Shown: one piece after another, positions 8,448-17,008 of the stretch
How the letters are laid out: the number at the start of each line of letters is the position of its first letter
How positions within the stretch are numbered: the first letter of the stretch is position 1
Assembly (NCBI GenBank): GCA_041690595.1
Contig: JAWLHB010000036.1
Location: 62,001-84,156 of the forward strand
Direction: 5' to 3'
Length of the DNA stretch: 22,156 nt
From: Lentisphaeria bacterium
GTDB lineage: Bacteria > Verrucomicrobiota > Lentisphaeria > JABSQK01 > JAWLHB01
The notes under the pieces: generated by a model
Seen by the model: the letters and a program-made list of their open reading frames with translations, nothing else
Told to the model about the DNA's origin: nothing
The model's database searches: none
Translations under genes and position numbers: made by a program

Positions 8448-8915
8448 TCACTCTTTCTTCTTGAAGAAGGAGAAGAGATTGAAACCTTTTTTGCCCTTCT
8501 GGCGCTTGAGGCGTTCCTTTTCGAGGGTCAGCGCGTCGGTGAATGTCTGCTCCACGATCGCCTTCTGGCTCTTCTTCCCAAAACCCGAGACCACCTCACC
8601 GGTGGCTTCAAGATAAGCGTCGTGCGACATCACGAACTCGAAGACATCCGCACCAATGGCGAAGCTCTCCTTGTCCTTGAGTTTCACCCCTTTGGCGCGA
8701 TACCGCTTACCTTTGTACTTGATCCCGTTGGTGCTGTCAAGATCTTCCACGTACAACCGGTTGTGGTAGTGCACCAGCTTGCAATGGTAGCGTGAGGCTC
8801 TCTGATCGACGATCTGAAGATCGCAATCCGGGGCCCTGCCCATCGTGTAGCTTTCTTTTGTAAGCTCGCACTGGAGCCCTTTGTCAGAACCCCTTGTGCA
8901 GATCAGCCATGCCAT
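8448..8915 (-). CDS. FHA-domain protein
   Basis: FHA phosphothreonine-binding motifs GR..DCD, SRYH and DLDSTNG. AGGAGG RBS 7 nt upstream (8923-8928). Confidence 0.92.
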   Translation of the reverse strand: MAWLICTRGSDKGLQCELTKESYTMGRAPDCDLQIVDQRASRYHCKLVHYHNRLYVEDLDSTNGIKYKGKRYRAKGVKLKDKESFAIGADVFEFVMSHDAYLEATGEVVSGFGKKSQKAIVEQTFTDALTLEKERLKRQKGKKGFNLFSFFKKKE

Positions 8916-8973
8916 CGCATTCCCTCCTGGCTCCGCTCCTCTGCCACCATACGCAAAGGTTCACGATAGGGCT

Positions 8974-9002
8974 ACTATAACGAGCTACGTACAACCTTAC
9001 AA
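8974..9002 (-). promoter_or_regulatory. Putative sigma70-type promoter for the FHA gene
   Basis: Minus strand reads TTGTAA-N17-TATAGT, preceded by a T-rich tract resembling an UP element. Confidence 0.6.
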
Positions 9003-9090
9003 GCAAAAACAAAATGTTCCGAAAAAGCTCCACCATATCCACCTGGCAGTCCCTGATAATGCGCCGGAAATGAGCGTCCCACCACCAACG

Positions 9091-9125
9091 TTGACGATTG
9101 CAAAAGCTCCCGATACGACTACAGT
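9091..9125 (+). promoter_or_regulatory. Putative promoter for thrC-priA
   Basis: TTGCAA-N16-TACAGT (9098-9125), overlapped by a TTGACG hexamer at 9091. Confidence 0.35.
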
Positions 9126-9171
9126 GTAGGCCGTACACAAGCTCATTCACCCACTCCGGCTATCCATCCCC

Positions 9172-10587
9172 ATGAAGTACATCAGCACCCGCGGCGGCAT
9201 ACAGCCGATCGGCTTCCAGGACGCCGTCATGATGGGACTTGCTACTGACGGTGGCTTGCTCCTGCCTGCTTCCATTCCCAATGTCGCCGACAAAATGGAG
9301 GAGTGGCGCCACCTCTCCTATCGCCAGCTTGCCTACCAGGTCATGCGACCCTTCATCGGCACCGAAATACCCGCCGCCGACCTGCGCGACCTGATCGACC
9401 GCAGCTATGACGCCTTCGAGCACCCCGATGTCGCACCGCTCATCGACCTCGGCGATGTCCACCTGCTCGAACTCTTTCACGGGCCCACCCTCGCCTTCAA
9501 GGATATCGCCCTCCAGTTCCTCGGAAACCTCTTCGAGTACATCCTCGCACGATCCGGCGGCAGACTCAATATCCTCGGCGCCACCAGCGGCGACACCGGC
9601 AGCGCCGCCATCCATGGCGTGCGCGGCAAGCAGAACATCTCCATCTTCATCCTGCATCCCTACAAGCGCATCAGCCCACAGCAGGAACGACAGATGACCA
9701 CCGTCCTCGACGACAATGTCTTCAACGTCGCCATCGTCGGCAGCTTTGACGACGGGCAGCGCATCGTCAAGGGGCTCTTCGGCGATCTGCCGTTCAAGGA
9801 TCGGTATCACCTCGGCGCCGTCAACTCCGTCAACTGGGCCCGCGTCCTTGCCCAGGTCGTCTATTACTTCTGGGGCGCCTTCCGCCTCCAGGAGCGGACC
9901 GGCGCCGCGTCGATCCGCGTCTCCGTTCCCACCGGCAACTTCGGAGACATCTTTGCCGGCTATGTCGCGGCGCAAATGGGGGCGCCCATCAGCAAGCTCC
10001 TGCTCGCCACCAACGAGAACGACATCTTGGCGCGCTTCTTCCAAGGCGGCGTCTACGAACGGGGCGATGTCCGCAAGACCCTCAGCCCTTCCATGGACAT
10101 CCAGGTCGCCAGCAACTTCGAACGCTACCTCTATTACCATCTCGATGGTGACAGCGAGCGCCTGCGCTTCCTGATGAGCTGTTTCACCGAGAGCGGCAGC
10201 ATGAAGGTCCACCGTCCGGGCAAACACGGTGTCGACCCGCTCATCGGCACCGGCGTTGGAACCACTGCCGATACCATCGAGACGATTCGCCGCTACTACC
10301 GTTCCCACGAGTATGTGCTCGACCCACACAGCGCCGTCGGCGTGCACGTCGCCCGCGAGAATCTGCATCCCGATGAACCGACCATGTGCCTCGCCACGGC
10401 CCATCCAGCCAAATTCAGTCAGGCCGTCATCGAGGCGCTTGGGCGCAATGTCGCCACTCATCCGACCCTCGAAGCGCTCACCGGAAAGGGGACTCGCTGC
10501 GCCATTCTGCAGGCTGACGAAGCAGAGGTCAAGCGTTTCATGGTCGAGAAGCTGATCGAACTGGATGCCAGAGAGGCAGCGTCCTGA
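9172..10587 (+). CDS. thrC: Threonine synthase
   Basis: MKYISTRG start, GLAxDGGL, ELFHGPTLAFKD (PLP lysine), ATSGDTGSAA, NSVNWAR, VPTGNFG, SPSMDI, SNFER and ATAHPAKF. Confidence 0.97.
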   Translation: MKYISTRGGIQPIGFQDAVMMGLATDGGLLLPASIPNVADKMEEWRHLSYRQLAYQVMRPFIGTEIPAADLRDLIDRSYDAFEHPDVAPLIDLGDVHLLELFHGPTLAFKDIALQFLGNLFEYILARSGGRLNILGATSGDTGSAAIHGVRGKQNISIFILHPYKRISPQQERQMTTVLDDNVFNVAIVGSFDDGQRIVKGLFGDLPFKDRYHLGAVNSVNWARVLAQVVYYFWGAFRLQERTGAASIRVSVPTGNFGDIFAGYVAAQMGAPISKLLLATNENDILARFFQGGVYERGDVRKTLSPSMDIQVASNFERYLYYHLDGDSERLRFLMSCFTESGSMKVHRPGKHGVDPLIGTGVGTTADTIETIRRYYRSHEYVLDPHSAVGVHVARENLHPDEPTMCLATAHPAKFSQAVIEALGRNVATHPTLEALTGKGTRCAILQADEAEVKRFMVEKLIELDAREAAS

Positions 10588-10600
10588 ACGAGGCGCTGCC

Positions 10601-12811
10601 ATGCCCCGCACTATCGCCCAAGTCATCACCGATCTGGCCCTCGATCGAGTTTTCGATTACCTCATTCCGCCACACCTGCGGCGCAGCGTCGAGATTGGCT
10701 CCCGCGTCAACGTGCCTTTTGGCAACTCCCGCCGCCAGGGCTATGTCGTCAACCTCACCAACAGCTCCGCCTTCGAGCAGCTCAAGGAGATCATCGGCGT
10801 CGAAGGCGATCGCGCCCTGATTCCCCCCCGGCTCATGCAGCTGGGCGAATGGATGGCAAGCTACTACTGCTGCCCCCGTGAGCAGGCGATTCGCGCGCTC
10901 CTGCCCGCCGTGGTGCGCAGCGGCAAGCTCTCCCAGAAAACCCAGAAGATCGTTCGACTTGCCGAAGGGATCGACGTACCGGCCCATCTGCAGGCGGCCG
11001 AACAGCGCGCCCCCAAGCAGGCCGAAATCATCAAGCTGCTCATGCGCTCCAAGCAGACTACCCTGGCCTACGCCAACCGGCTCTCCGCCTCGGCCACCAA
11101 GGCCCTCCGTGACGCCGGCACCCTGATCACCGAAGACGAGGCCCAGGAGCGAGATCCCTTTGCCAACGACATTATCCTCCCCTCCGGCCCACTCGCCCTC
11201 ACCGACGAGCAGGCGACCTGCATGCAGGCCGTCGAAGCCAGCTTTGCGGCCGAAAAGCGCCAGGTCATTCTCCTTTTCGGCGTGACCGGCAGCGGCAAGA
11301 CCGAGGTCTACCTGCAAGCGATCGGACAGTGCCTCGAACGCGATGAGGAGGCCATTGTCCTCGTCCCCGAAATCGCCCTCACGCCACAGACCACCGAGCG
11401 CTTCAGAAGTCGCTTCGGCGATCTCGTCAGCGTCCTCCACAGCCACCTCAGCGATGGAGAACGCTTCGACGAATGGACCAAAATCAGCGAAGGGAGGGTC
11501 CGCATCGTTGTCGGCGCCCGCTCCGCCCTCTTCGCTCCATTCCGCAAGCTCGGCTTGATCGTCGTCGATGAAGAGCACGAAACCAGTTACAAGCAGACCG
11601 ATGTGCCGCCGCGTTACCACGCCCGGGACGTGGCCGTCATGCGCGGCGCCAGAGAGAACGCCACCGTCATCCTTGGCAGCGCCACCCCCTCCCTCGAGTC
11701 GTTCTGGAACACCGCCAACGGCAAGTACCAGCTCGCCAGGCTGACCAAACGCGTGGACGATCAGCAGATGCCCGCCATGGAAGTGGTCGACATGGTGGCC
11801 GAGGCGGATGCCACCGGCCGGCCTCAGATCCTCTCCCGGCGCCTCATCTCCTGTGTCCACGAATGTCTGGAAAAGAGCGAGCAGGTCATGCTCTTTCTCA
11901 ATCGCCGCGGGTATGCCACCAACCTGCAGTGCCTGCAGTGTGGCTACAAGGCGGAATGCGATGACTGCACCGTCAACTACACCTATCACCGCAAGGTGGA
12001 GCAGCTCATCTGTCACTTCTGCGGCGCGGTACGCCATGCTCCCCAGCAATGCCCCAAATGCGGCGACGCCAACATTCGCTATGGCGGCCTCGGCACCCAG
12101 AAAGTCGAATCTGCCGTTCGTGCCGTCTTTCCCACCGCCAGGACCCTGCGCATGGACTCCGACACCATGACCCGCAAAGACTCCTATCGCGAAGCACTCA
12201 CCTCCTTTCGCGCCGGCACTATCGACATCCTCGTCGGAACCCAGATGATCGCCAAGGGCCTCCACTTCCCCAACGTCACCCTCGTTGGTATCATCTATGC
12301 CGACCTCTCGCTCAATCTCCCCGATTTCCGTTCCGGCGAACGCACCTTCCAGCTCCTTGTGCAGGTCGCCGGCCGCGCCGGTCGCGGGCAAGTGCCCGGA
12401 CGCGTCATCGTGCAGACCTATACCCCCTACCACCAGGCCGTCCAGGCCGCCCTGCGACAAGACTACGACGAGTTCTACCAAGGCGAAATCGTCTCACGAC
12501 AACAGGCCGAATTCCCGCCCCTTTCGCACATGATCCTCCTCGTCTTCCGAGGCGAGAACGAAAGCCTCGTCGAAAAGACCGCCAACGCCTGTTCCAAGCA
12601 TCTGGAAGCTCACCTTCCGGAAGAGACCGTCGTCATTCCGCCGATGCCCAGCCCCATTGCCCGCAAGCGCGGCCTCTATCATTACCAGATGCTCCTGGCC
12701 ACCAAGCGCATCGTCCATCTCAGCCGTCGGCTGAAGGAAGCCCTCGCCGGCTTTTCCGTACCCCCCGACGTGCGGCTGACCGTCGATGTCGATCCCTTCA
12801 GCGTCATCTGA
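10601..12811 (+). CDS. priA: Primosomal protein N' (replication restart helicase)
   Basis: Walker A GVTGSGKTEVY, DEEH, SATPS, LNRRG, four CxxC pairs, GTQMIAKG and QVAGRAGR. The start is placed at ATG 10601 (GAGG upstream, 13 bp after the thrC stop) rather than the track's 10565. Confidence 0.97.
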   Translation: MPRTIAQVITDLALDRVFDYLIPPHLRRSVEIGSRVNVPFGNSRRQGYVVNLTNSSAFEQLKEIIGVEGDRALIPPRLMQLGEWMASYYCCPREQAIRALLPAVVRSGKLSQKTQKIVRLAEGIDVPAHLQAAEQRAPKQAEIIKLLMRSKQTTLAYANRLSASATKALRDAGTLITEDEAQERDPFANDIILPSGPLALTDEQATCMQAVEASFAAEKRQVILLFGVTGSGKTEVYLQAIGQCLERDEEAIVLVPEIALTPQTTERFRSRFGDLVSVLHSHLSDGERFDEWTKISEGRVRIVVGARSALFAPFRKLGLIVVDEEHETSYKQTDVPPRYHARDVAVMRGARENATVILGSATPSLESFWNTANGKYQLARLTKRVDDQQMPAMEVVDMVAEADATGRPQILSRRLISCVHECLEKSEQVMLFLNRRGYATNLQCLQCGYKAECDDCTVNYTYHRKVEQLICHFCGAVRHAPQQCPKCGDANIRYGGLGTQKVESAVRAVFPTARTLRMDSDTMTRKDSYREALTSFRAGTIDILVGTQMIAKGLHFPNVTLVGIIYADLSLNLPDFRSGERTFQLLVQVAGRAGRGQVPGRVIVQTYTPYHQAVQAALRQDYDEFYQGEIVSRQQAEFPPLSHMILLVFRGENESLVEKTANACSKHLEAHLPEETVVIPPMPSPIARKRGLYHYQMLLATKRIVHLSRRLKEALAGFSVPPDVRLTVDVDPFSVI

Positions 12812-13533
12812 GCACAGGCAGTTCCAAGCGTGTCAGCCTCGCAAAAGCTTCGTACTCTTCGAGTACTTCATGGTGAACTTGGCCGCGGCATCCTCGCCTC
12901 GGGTAGTTGCCGCGCACGCGAGCGGCGGCGGTGTTATTTCCGGCCGAGGCCGGACAATTGGGTGGCAACTGGGACGATGCCTGGCCAACGACCGTGTCTC
13001 CGTGCTCCCCTTGGACCGCTCGTCCTTTGCGATCTCTGCGATCTTTGCGGTTAATTACTGCCGCCATCGCGTCCCGCGTCCACGCGTCCTCCGTCCATTC
13101 CTCTCATTCTTCCCGCTCTTCCCATTCCCCTTAACGGCCCATTCCCTCCCCCCAACGCCCCATTCCCAACGGCCCAGTTGCCAACCACCCATCCGTCCTC
13201 CGCCGGAATAGCACCGCCGCCGCACCCATCCGTGTCCCGTCCGTTTGTGTCCGTGTCCCGTCCGTTTGTGTCCGTGTCCCGTCCGTTTGTGTCCGTGTCC
13301 CGTCCGTTTGTGTCCGTGTCCCGTCCGTGTCCCGTCCGTGTCCCGTCCGTGTCCCGTCCGTAGTTCATCCACAGCCTCAGGTGCGGGTATCTTCCATGCT
13401 TCCTCGATTTCCTCGACTATCTCGATTCTTTCGGTTCCTTCGACCCTGCGACAGTTCCAAGGCCATCCACACGTCTGCCAGGGCGCGTTCAACCAATCAG
13501 TCAGACCACAGTCAGGTGCCCCCTCAGGCCCCC
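12812..13533. repeat. Non-coding mosaic of distinct short-period repeat blocks and REP-like palindromes between convergent genes
   Basis: Blocks at ~12848-12877 (CTTCG/A, 9-bp period), 12903-12926 (GTAG + GCCGC..GCGGC), 12939-12954 (TCCGGCC-GA-GGCCGGA), 13025-13054 (CTTTGCGAT-like x3), 13068-13096 (CGCGTCC), 13097-13130 (TTCCC/TTCCT, 9-bp period), 13133-13190 (AACGGCCCATTCCC-like), 13229-13361 (VNTR) and 13400-13445 (TCCTCGATT-like x5). Confidence 0.8.
13229..13361. repeat. Perfect VNTR: (TCCGTGTCCCGTCCGTTTGTG)x4 followed by (TCCGTGTCCCG)x4
   Basis: 21-bp units start at 13229, 13250, 13271 and 13292; 11-bp units start at 13313, 13324, 13335 and 13346. Confidence 0.95.
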
Positions 13534-16500
13534 TCAGGGCAGGCCAGGCCAGGTAAAGAGAGGCGCGGGGTTCTCCCCATTGGGCGTCAGCTTGAAGATG
13601 GCGCGCAGCTTGGCCTCTTTCAGCTTCTTCCAATCGTCCGCTTGCAGCTTCACCTGGATGCGATCCTCTTCTTTTACGACAGCCTCCAGCGGGCTGTCCG
13701 AAGAATCGGAAACCAGGTGGACAGTCGCGATATCACGCAGTCCCTTGCCCAGGATGGTGACGACACTATCGGACGAATCACCCGTGCTTGCAAACATGGC
13801 CGTATGGCCATCGATCTGGAGCAGCTCGGGCTTCTCTGCCGCTTCCGTCACTTTCAGGCCGGGCCAGGTAAAGAGAGGCGCGGGGTTCTCCCCATTTGGC
13901 GTCAGTTTGAAGATGGCGCGCAGCTTGGCCTCCTTCAACTTCTTCCAATCGTCCGCTTGCAGCTTCACCTTGATGCGATCCTCTTCGTGCGGCTCAACGA
14001 ACAGCGGGCTGTCTGAAGAATCGGTCACCAGGTGGACAGTCGCGATATCATGCAGTCCCTTGCCCAGGATGGTGACGACACTATCGGACGAATCACCCGT
14101 GCTTGCAAACATGGCCGTATGGCCATCGATCTGGAGCAACTCGGGCTTCTCTGCCGCTTCCGTCACTTTCAAGCCGGGCCAGGTAAAGAGAGGCGTGGGG
14201 TTCTCACCCTTTGGCGTCAGCTTGAAGATAGCGCGTAATCTGGCCTTCTTCAGCTTCTTCCAATCGTCCGCTTGCAGCTTCACCTTGATGCGATCCTCTT
14301 CGTGCGGCTCAACGAACAGCGGGCTGTCTGAAGAATCGGTCACCAGGTGGACAGTCGCGATATCATGCAGTCCCTTGCCCAGGATGGTGACGTCACTATC
14401 ATTGTCAGTGCTGCTTGCAAACATGGCCGTATGGCCATCGACCCGGAGCAGTTCGGGCTTCTCTTTCGCTACCTTCAGCACCACGCCGGGCACGGTGAAC
14501 AGCTCAAAGTCCGTGCCGTCTACCCGTTTGCCGGTTGCCGCCAGAATCAGACGCTCGTTGTCCGTCGGCTTCGTCTTACCTTCAACACTGAAGGAAAGGT
14601 GGGACGGATGGTGCTTAAGGCTATCCTTCTTTACGCTAAGCGATTTCGGTGCCTTGACCACGACGGATTTTACGAGATCAAGGTTTTCGCCAAGAAGCAT
14701 GAAAGACTGCGACAAATCCGAGCGCCACTCGACCTGATCGGGATGGATGGGGTTGTCAACTAGCCTGGGCTCACGCGTATGCAGATGGAACTGACGCGGG
14801 ATCCGGAAGTGAACGGTGCTGCCGAACGCCAGTTTCTGGGTTGCCTCTCCCAGCCCGACCGCATGTGCTTTTACCTTCGCGTCCACCCCGGAGTTCCCTA
14901 CCTTGGCCATCGCCGCCGCCAGTCTCTGGTGGTTCACAAGCTTTTCCGTCGACCGGTCTCTGCCGCCGAACATGGTGGGCTTGCCGCTCATGCGCTGCCA
15001 GGCATAGGTCACATAAAGCTGCACTTCCGGCACCATGGCGCGAATCGTCTCACGATCCCCACTTCCCTCTCGCACGACCCGCCCCGCCAGCATTGACCGC
15101 TCCTCCGAGATGATGACGACCACGGGAAAAGTTTGCCTCTGGAGCACCTGCTCCTCCTTAGCATCCTTGTAGTGTATCTCCGGACCGATCTGGTAGCCGA
15201 AGACCGAGCCATTGCTGTACGCCGAAATCGTATTGTGACTGGCAATTGTGGTGATATCCCGCTGCGTCTGCTTCACCCACTTCACCAATCCGCTCGCCTC
15301 CCCCTGCATGCCCGCCTCCGCGAATACCGCGGCCAGCCTCAAGGCCAGCTCTGTCTGATGACGATACGAGGCTCGGTGGTCGATCACCTGGCCATGCAGC
15401 ATTGGCGTCGCGGCCACGATGTTCGGCGCGTTCAGGGTCACCGCCAACTCCGAGAATGGAAGCACCTTGGCCTTCACGCGATCGGCCTCTGCTGCGGCTG
15501 CCTGCTCTGAACCGCCTGACTGTATTTCCGTGGCGGCCTTCTCTATATCGGCTGCCAGCTCTTGAGCGGCTGTCGACTTGAGAGGGTCTGCCCGCATTGC
15601 CGCGGCTGCCCGCATTGCCGCGGCTGCCAGCTTCTCAGGATCTGCCGTCTTTAGATCGGCTGCCAGCGCTGCGGCGGCTGCCTGGTCTATTTTGGCTACC
15701 TGAACTTGAATATCGTTCAGAATCAGCCTGTTTCGATGCGCGTTACCTACACTTGATACCTCAGGCACCGCATACGCCAGCAGTTGCTCCCGCATCGTCT
15801 CTTTCAAGTCAGCATCCTCGATGGTGAGGCTGTCAACAATCTCCGCGATCGTCTTACGCTCCTCCGCATTCGACGGATCCAGATACCGTGGTTCCCATTT
15901 TACGTTGGCCGAGACATTCACCGTGTGTCCCTTGCTGGTCACCCTCCCCGGCACCACCGAGACCATGCAGACCGCAACCAGATTCACCCGGTCACGGAAC
16001 TTGCTGACATCCGACGGCATGCCCAGTACCTTGAAAATACCCTGCAGCGTCTTCAGGGAAGCAGCCTGCACCAACGCCTCGTGCTGGCTCCGCGATGGCT
16101 GCGTATCGTGCAGCATCGAGAAATGCCCGCTCGGCTTGGGGGATACCAGCAGCTCGCGCAAGGGAGAGAAGGTAGTGCTATCGGGCAGCGTTGCGCTGAC
16201 GGACGTATCGCTCAGCGTCGGAAAGCTCATGTCAGTCTTGGAGATGTTCAGCAGGCGCGTGGCATGATCGTCCATCGCCTTGATCTGCGCCTCGGAGTCG
16301 CTGCCGGCCTTCGCCAGATCCTGCTGGAGCTGAAGGGCAGCCGCCTGTTCCATGGCATACCGCGACTGCCGCTTGATACGCTCCACGTCCAGATAGTTCG
16401 ACAACTCCTGGTCATATTGAGTCTTGAGTGCGGGGGTGAGATCCACCCGTCCGGTGAGACTGCCCTGGAAGCCCGAAGACCGAGCGAAGGCCGATCCAAT

Positions 16501-16755
16501 GTTGCTCTCCGTCCGTGCATCGTCGAAGTAGTTCTTCGCTGTCCGGTTGATATCGAAGTCGAAGTATTCCCCGGGGGGTGCCGGCATGGGCGCCGAAATC
16601 GTCGCAAAACCATGATTGCCAAGATCCTGCTGCACCTGATCGATGATCTTCCCCAGCTCTCGCAAGGCCTCGATTGGATCCGCCCCCTCGCTCTGGCTCC
16701 CTGCAACGATCATCGCCGCCAACCACAGTCCCGCCAGCCAACGCTTTGTCTTCAT
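13534..16755 (-). CDS. Large secreted hypothetical protein (1073 aa) with C-terminal tandem ~105-aa repeats, possibly IPT/TIG-like Ig folds
   Basis: GGAGG RBS at 16762-16766 and an N-terminal signal peptide (MKTKRWLAGLWLAAMIVAG...). Repeats carry P-x-L...VTILGKGL..IATV, a pattern like IPT/TIG domains. Confidence 0.8.
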   Translation of the reverse strand: MKTKRWLAGLWLAAMIVAGSQSEGADPIEALRELGKIIDQVQQDLGNHGFATISAPMPAPPGEYFDFDINRTAKNYFDDARTESNIGSAFARSSGFQGSLTGRVDLTPALKTQYDQELSNYLDVERIKRQSRYAMEQAAALQLQQDLAKAGSDSEAQIKAMDDHATRLLNISKTDMSFPTLSDTSVSATLPDSTTFSPLRELLVSPKPSGHFSMLHDTQPSRSQHEALVQAASLKTLQGIFKVLGMPSDVSKFRDRVNLVAVCMVSVVPGRVTSKGHTVNVSANVKWEPRYLDPSNAEERKTIAEIVDSLTIEDADLKETMREQLLAYAVPEVSSVGNAHRNRLILNDIQVQVAKIDQAAAAALAADLKTADPEKLAAAAMRAAAAMRADPLKSTAAQELAADIEKAATEIQSGGSEQAAAAEADRVKAKVLPFSELAVTLNAPNIVAATPMLHGQVIDHRASYRHQTELALRLAAVFAEAGMQGEASGLVKWVKQTQRDITTIASHNTISAYSNGSVFGYQIGPEIHYKDAKEEQVLQRQTFPVVVIISEERSMLAGRVVREGSGDRETIRAMVPEVQLYVTYAWQRMSGKPTMFGGRDRSTEKLVNHQRLAAAMAKVGNSGVDAKVKAHAVGLGEATQKLAFGSTVHFRIPRQFHLHTREPRLVDNPIHPDQVEWRSDLSQSFMLLGENLDLVKSVVVKAPKSLSVKKDSLKHHPSHLSFSVEGKTKPTDNERLILAATGKRVDGTDFELFTVPGVVLKVAKEKPELLRVDGHTAMFASSTDNDSDVTILGKGLHDIATVHLVTDSSDSPLFVEPHEEDRIKVKLQADDWKKLKKARLRAIFKLTPKGENPTPLFTWPGLKVTEAAEKPELLQIDGHTAMFASTGDSSDSVVTILGKGLHDIATVHLVTDSSDSPLFVEPHEEDRIKVKLQADDWKKLKEAKLRAIFKLTPNGENPAPLFTWPGLKVTEAAEKPELLQIDGHTAMFASTGDSSDSVVTILGKGLRDIATVHLVSDSSDSPLEAVVKEEDRIQVKLQADDWKKLKEAKLRAIFKLTPNGENPAPLFTWPGLP
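13547..14468 (-). repeat. Three near-identical intragenic 315-bp (105-aa) repeats
   Basis: GGCCAGGTAAAGAGAGGCG recurs at 13547, 13862 and 14177 (period 315). A diverged fourth unit (LLGENLDLVKSV...LFTVPG) lies at ~14470-14775. Confidence 0.95.
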
Positions 16756-16936
16756 TGCTGCCCTCCAGATAATTGTGCTCTTTTGCTGTGAACCTGCCTC
16801 GTTCAGAACAGGTGCAACCGCCTTGTCGCCATAACCTTGCCTTGCTTAGAATGAGTACAAGCGCATTTCCAAACAAAATCTGAAATTATTCTTGACATGG
16901 ATCGGAGGCAACCCAAAACCTACCCGCTGCTTGTAC

Positions 16937-16965
16937 TTGCGCGAAAGGCGCGGTGGGGGTAGACT
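16937..16965 (+). promoter_or_regulatory. Putative sigma70-type promoter for the small membrane protein
   Basis: TTGCGC-N17-TAGACT, the same -10 hexamer as seen upstream of the sulfatase. Confidence 0.45.
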
Positions 16966-17008
16966 ATGAGACGTCAATACCCAACCCATCCATGGCAGCA
17001 CGAGATAC

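Noticed and set aside
441..12481. Long antisense ORFs (441-1187, 1323-2363, 2722-4074, 9160-10629, 10538-12481 and others)
   Set aside because: They mirror well-supported genes; high GC3 codon bias suppresses stop codons on the opposite strand.
12786..13633. Short ORFs with GRDTDTN, RTGHGHK and CPCPVRL repeats
   Set aside because: They are translations of the 21/11-bp VNTR in different frames, with no start signals or protein-like context.
13547..14468. Diversity-generating retroelement template/variable repeat pair
   Set aside because: The repeats are in-frame tandem domains, differences are not confined to adenines, and no reverse transcriptase is present in the window.
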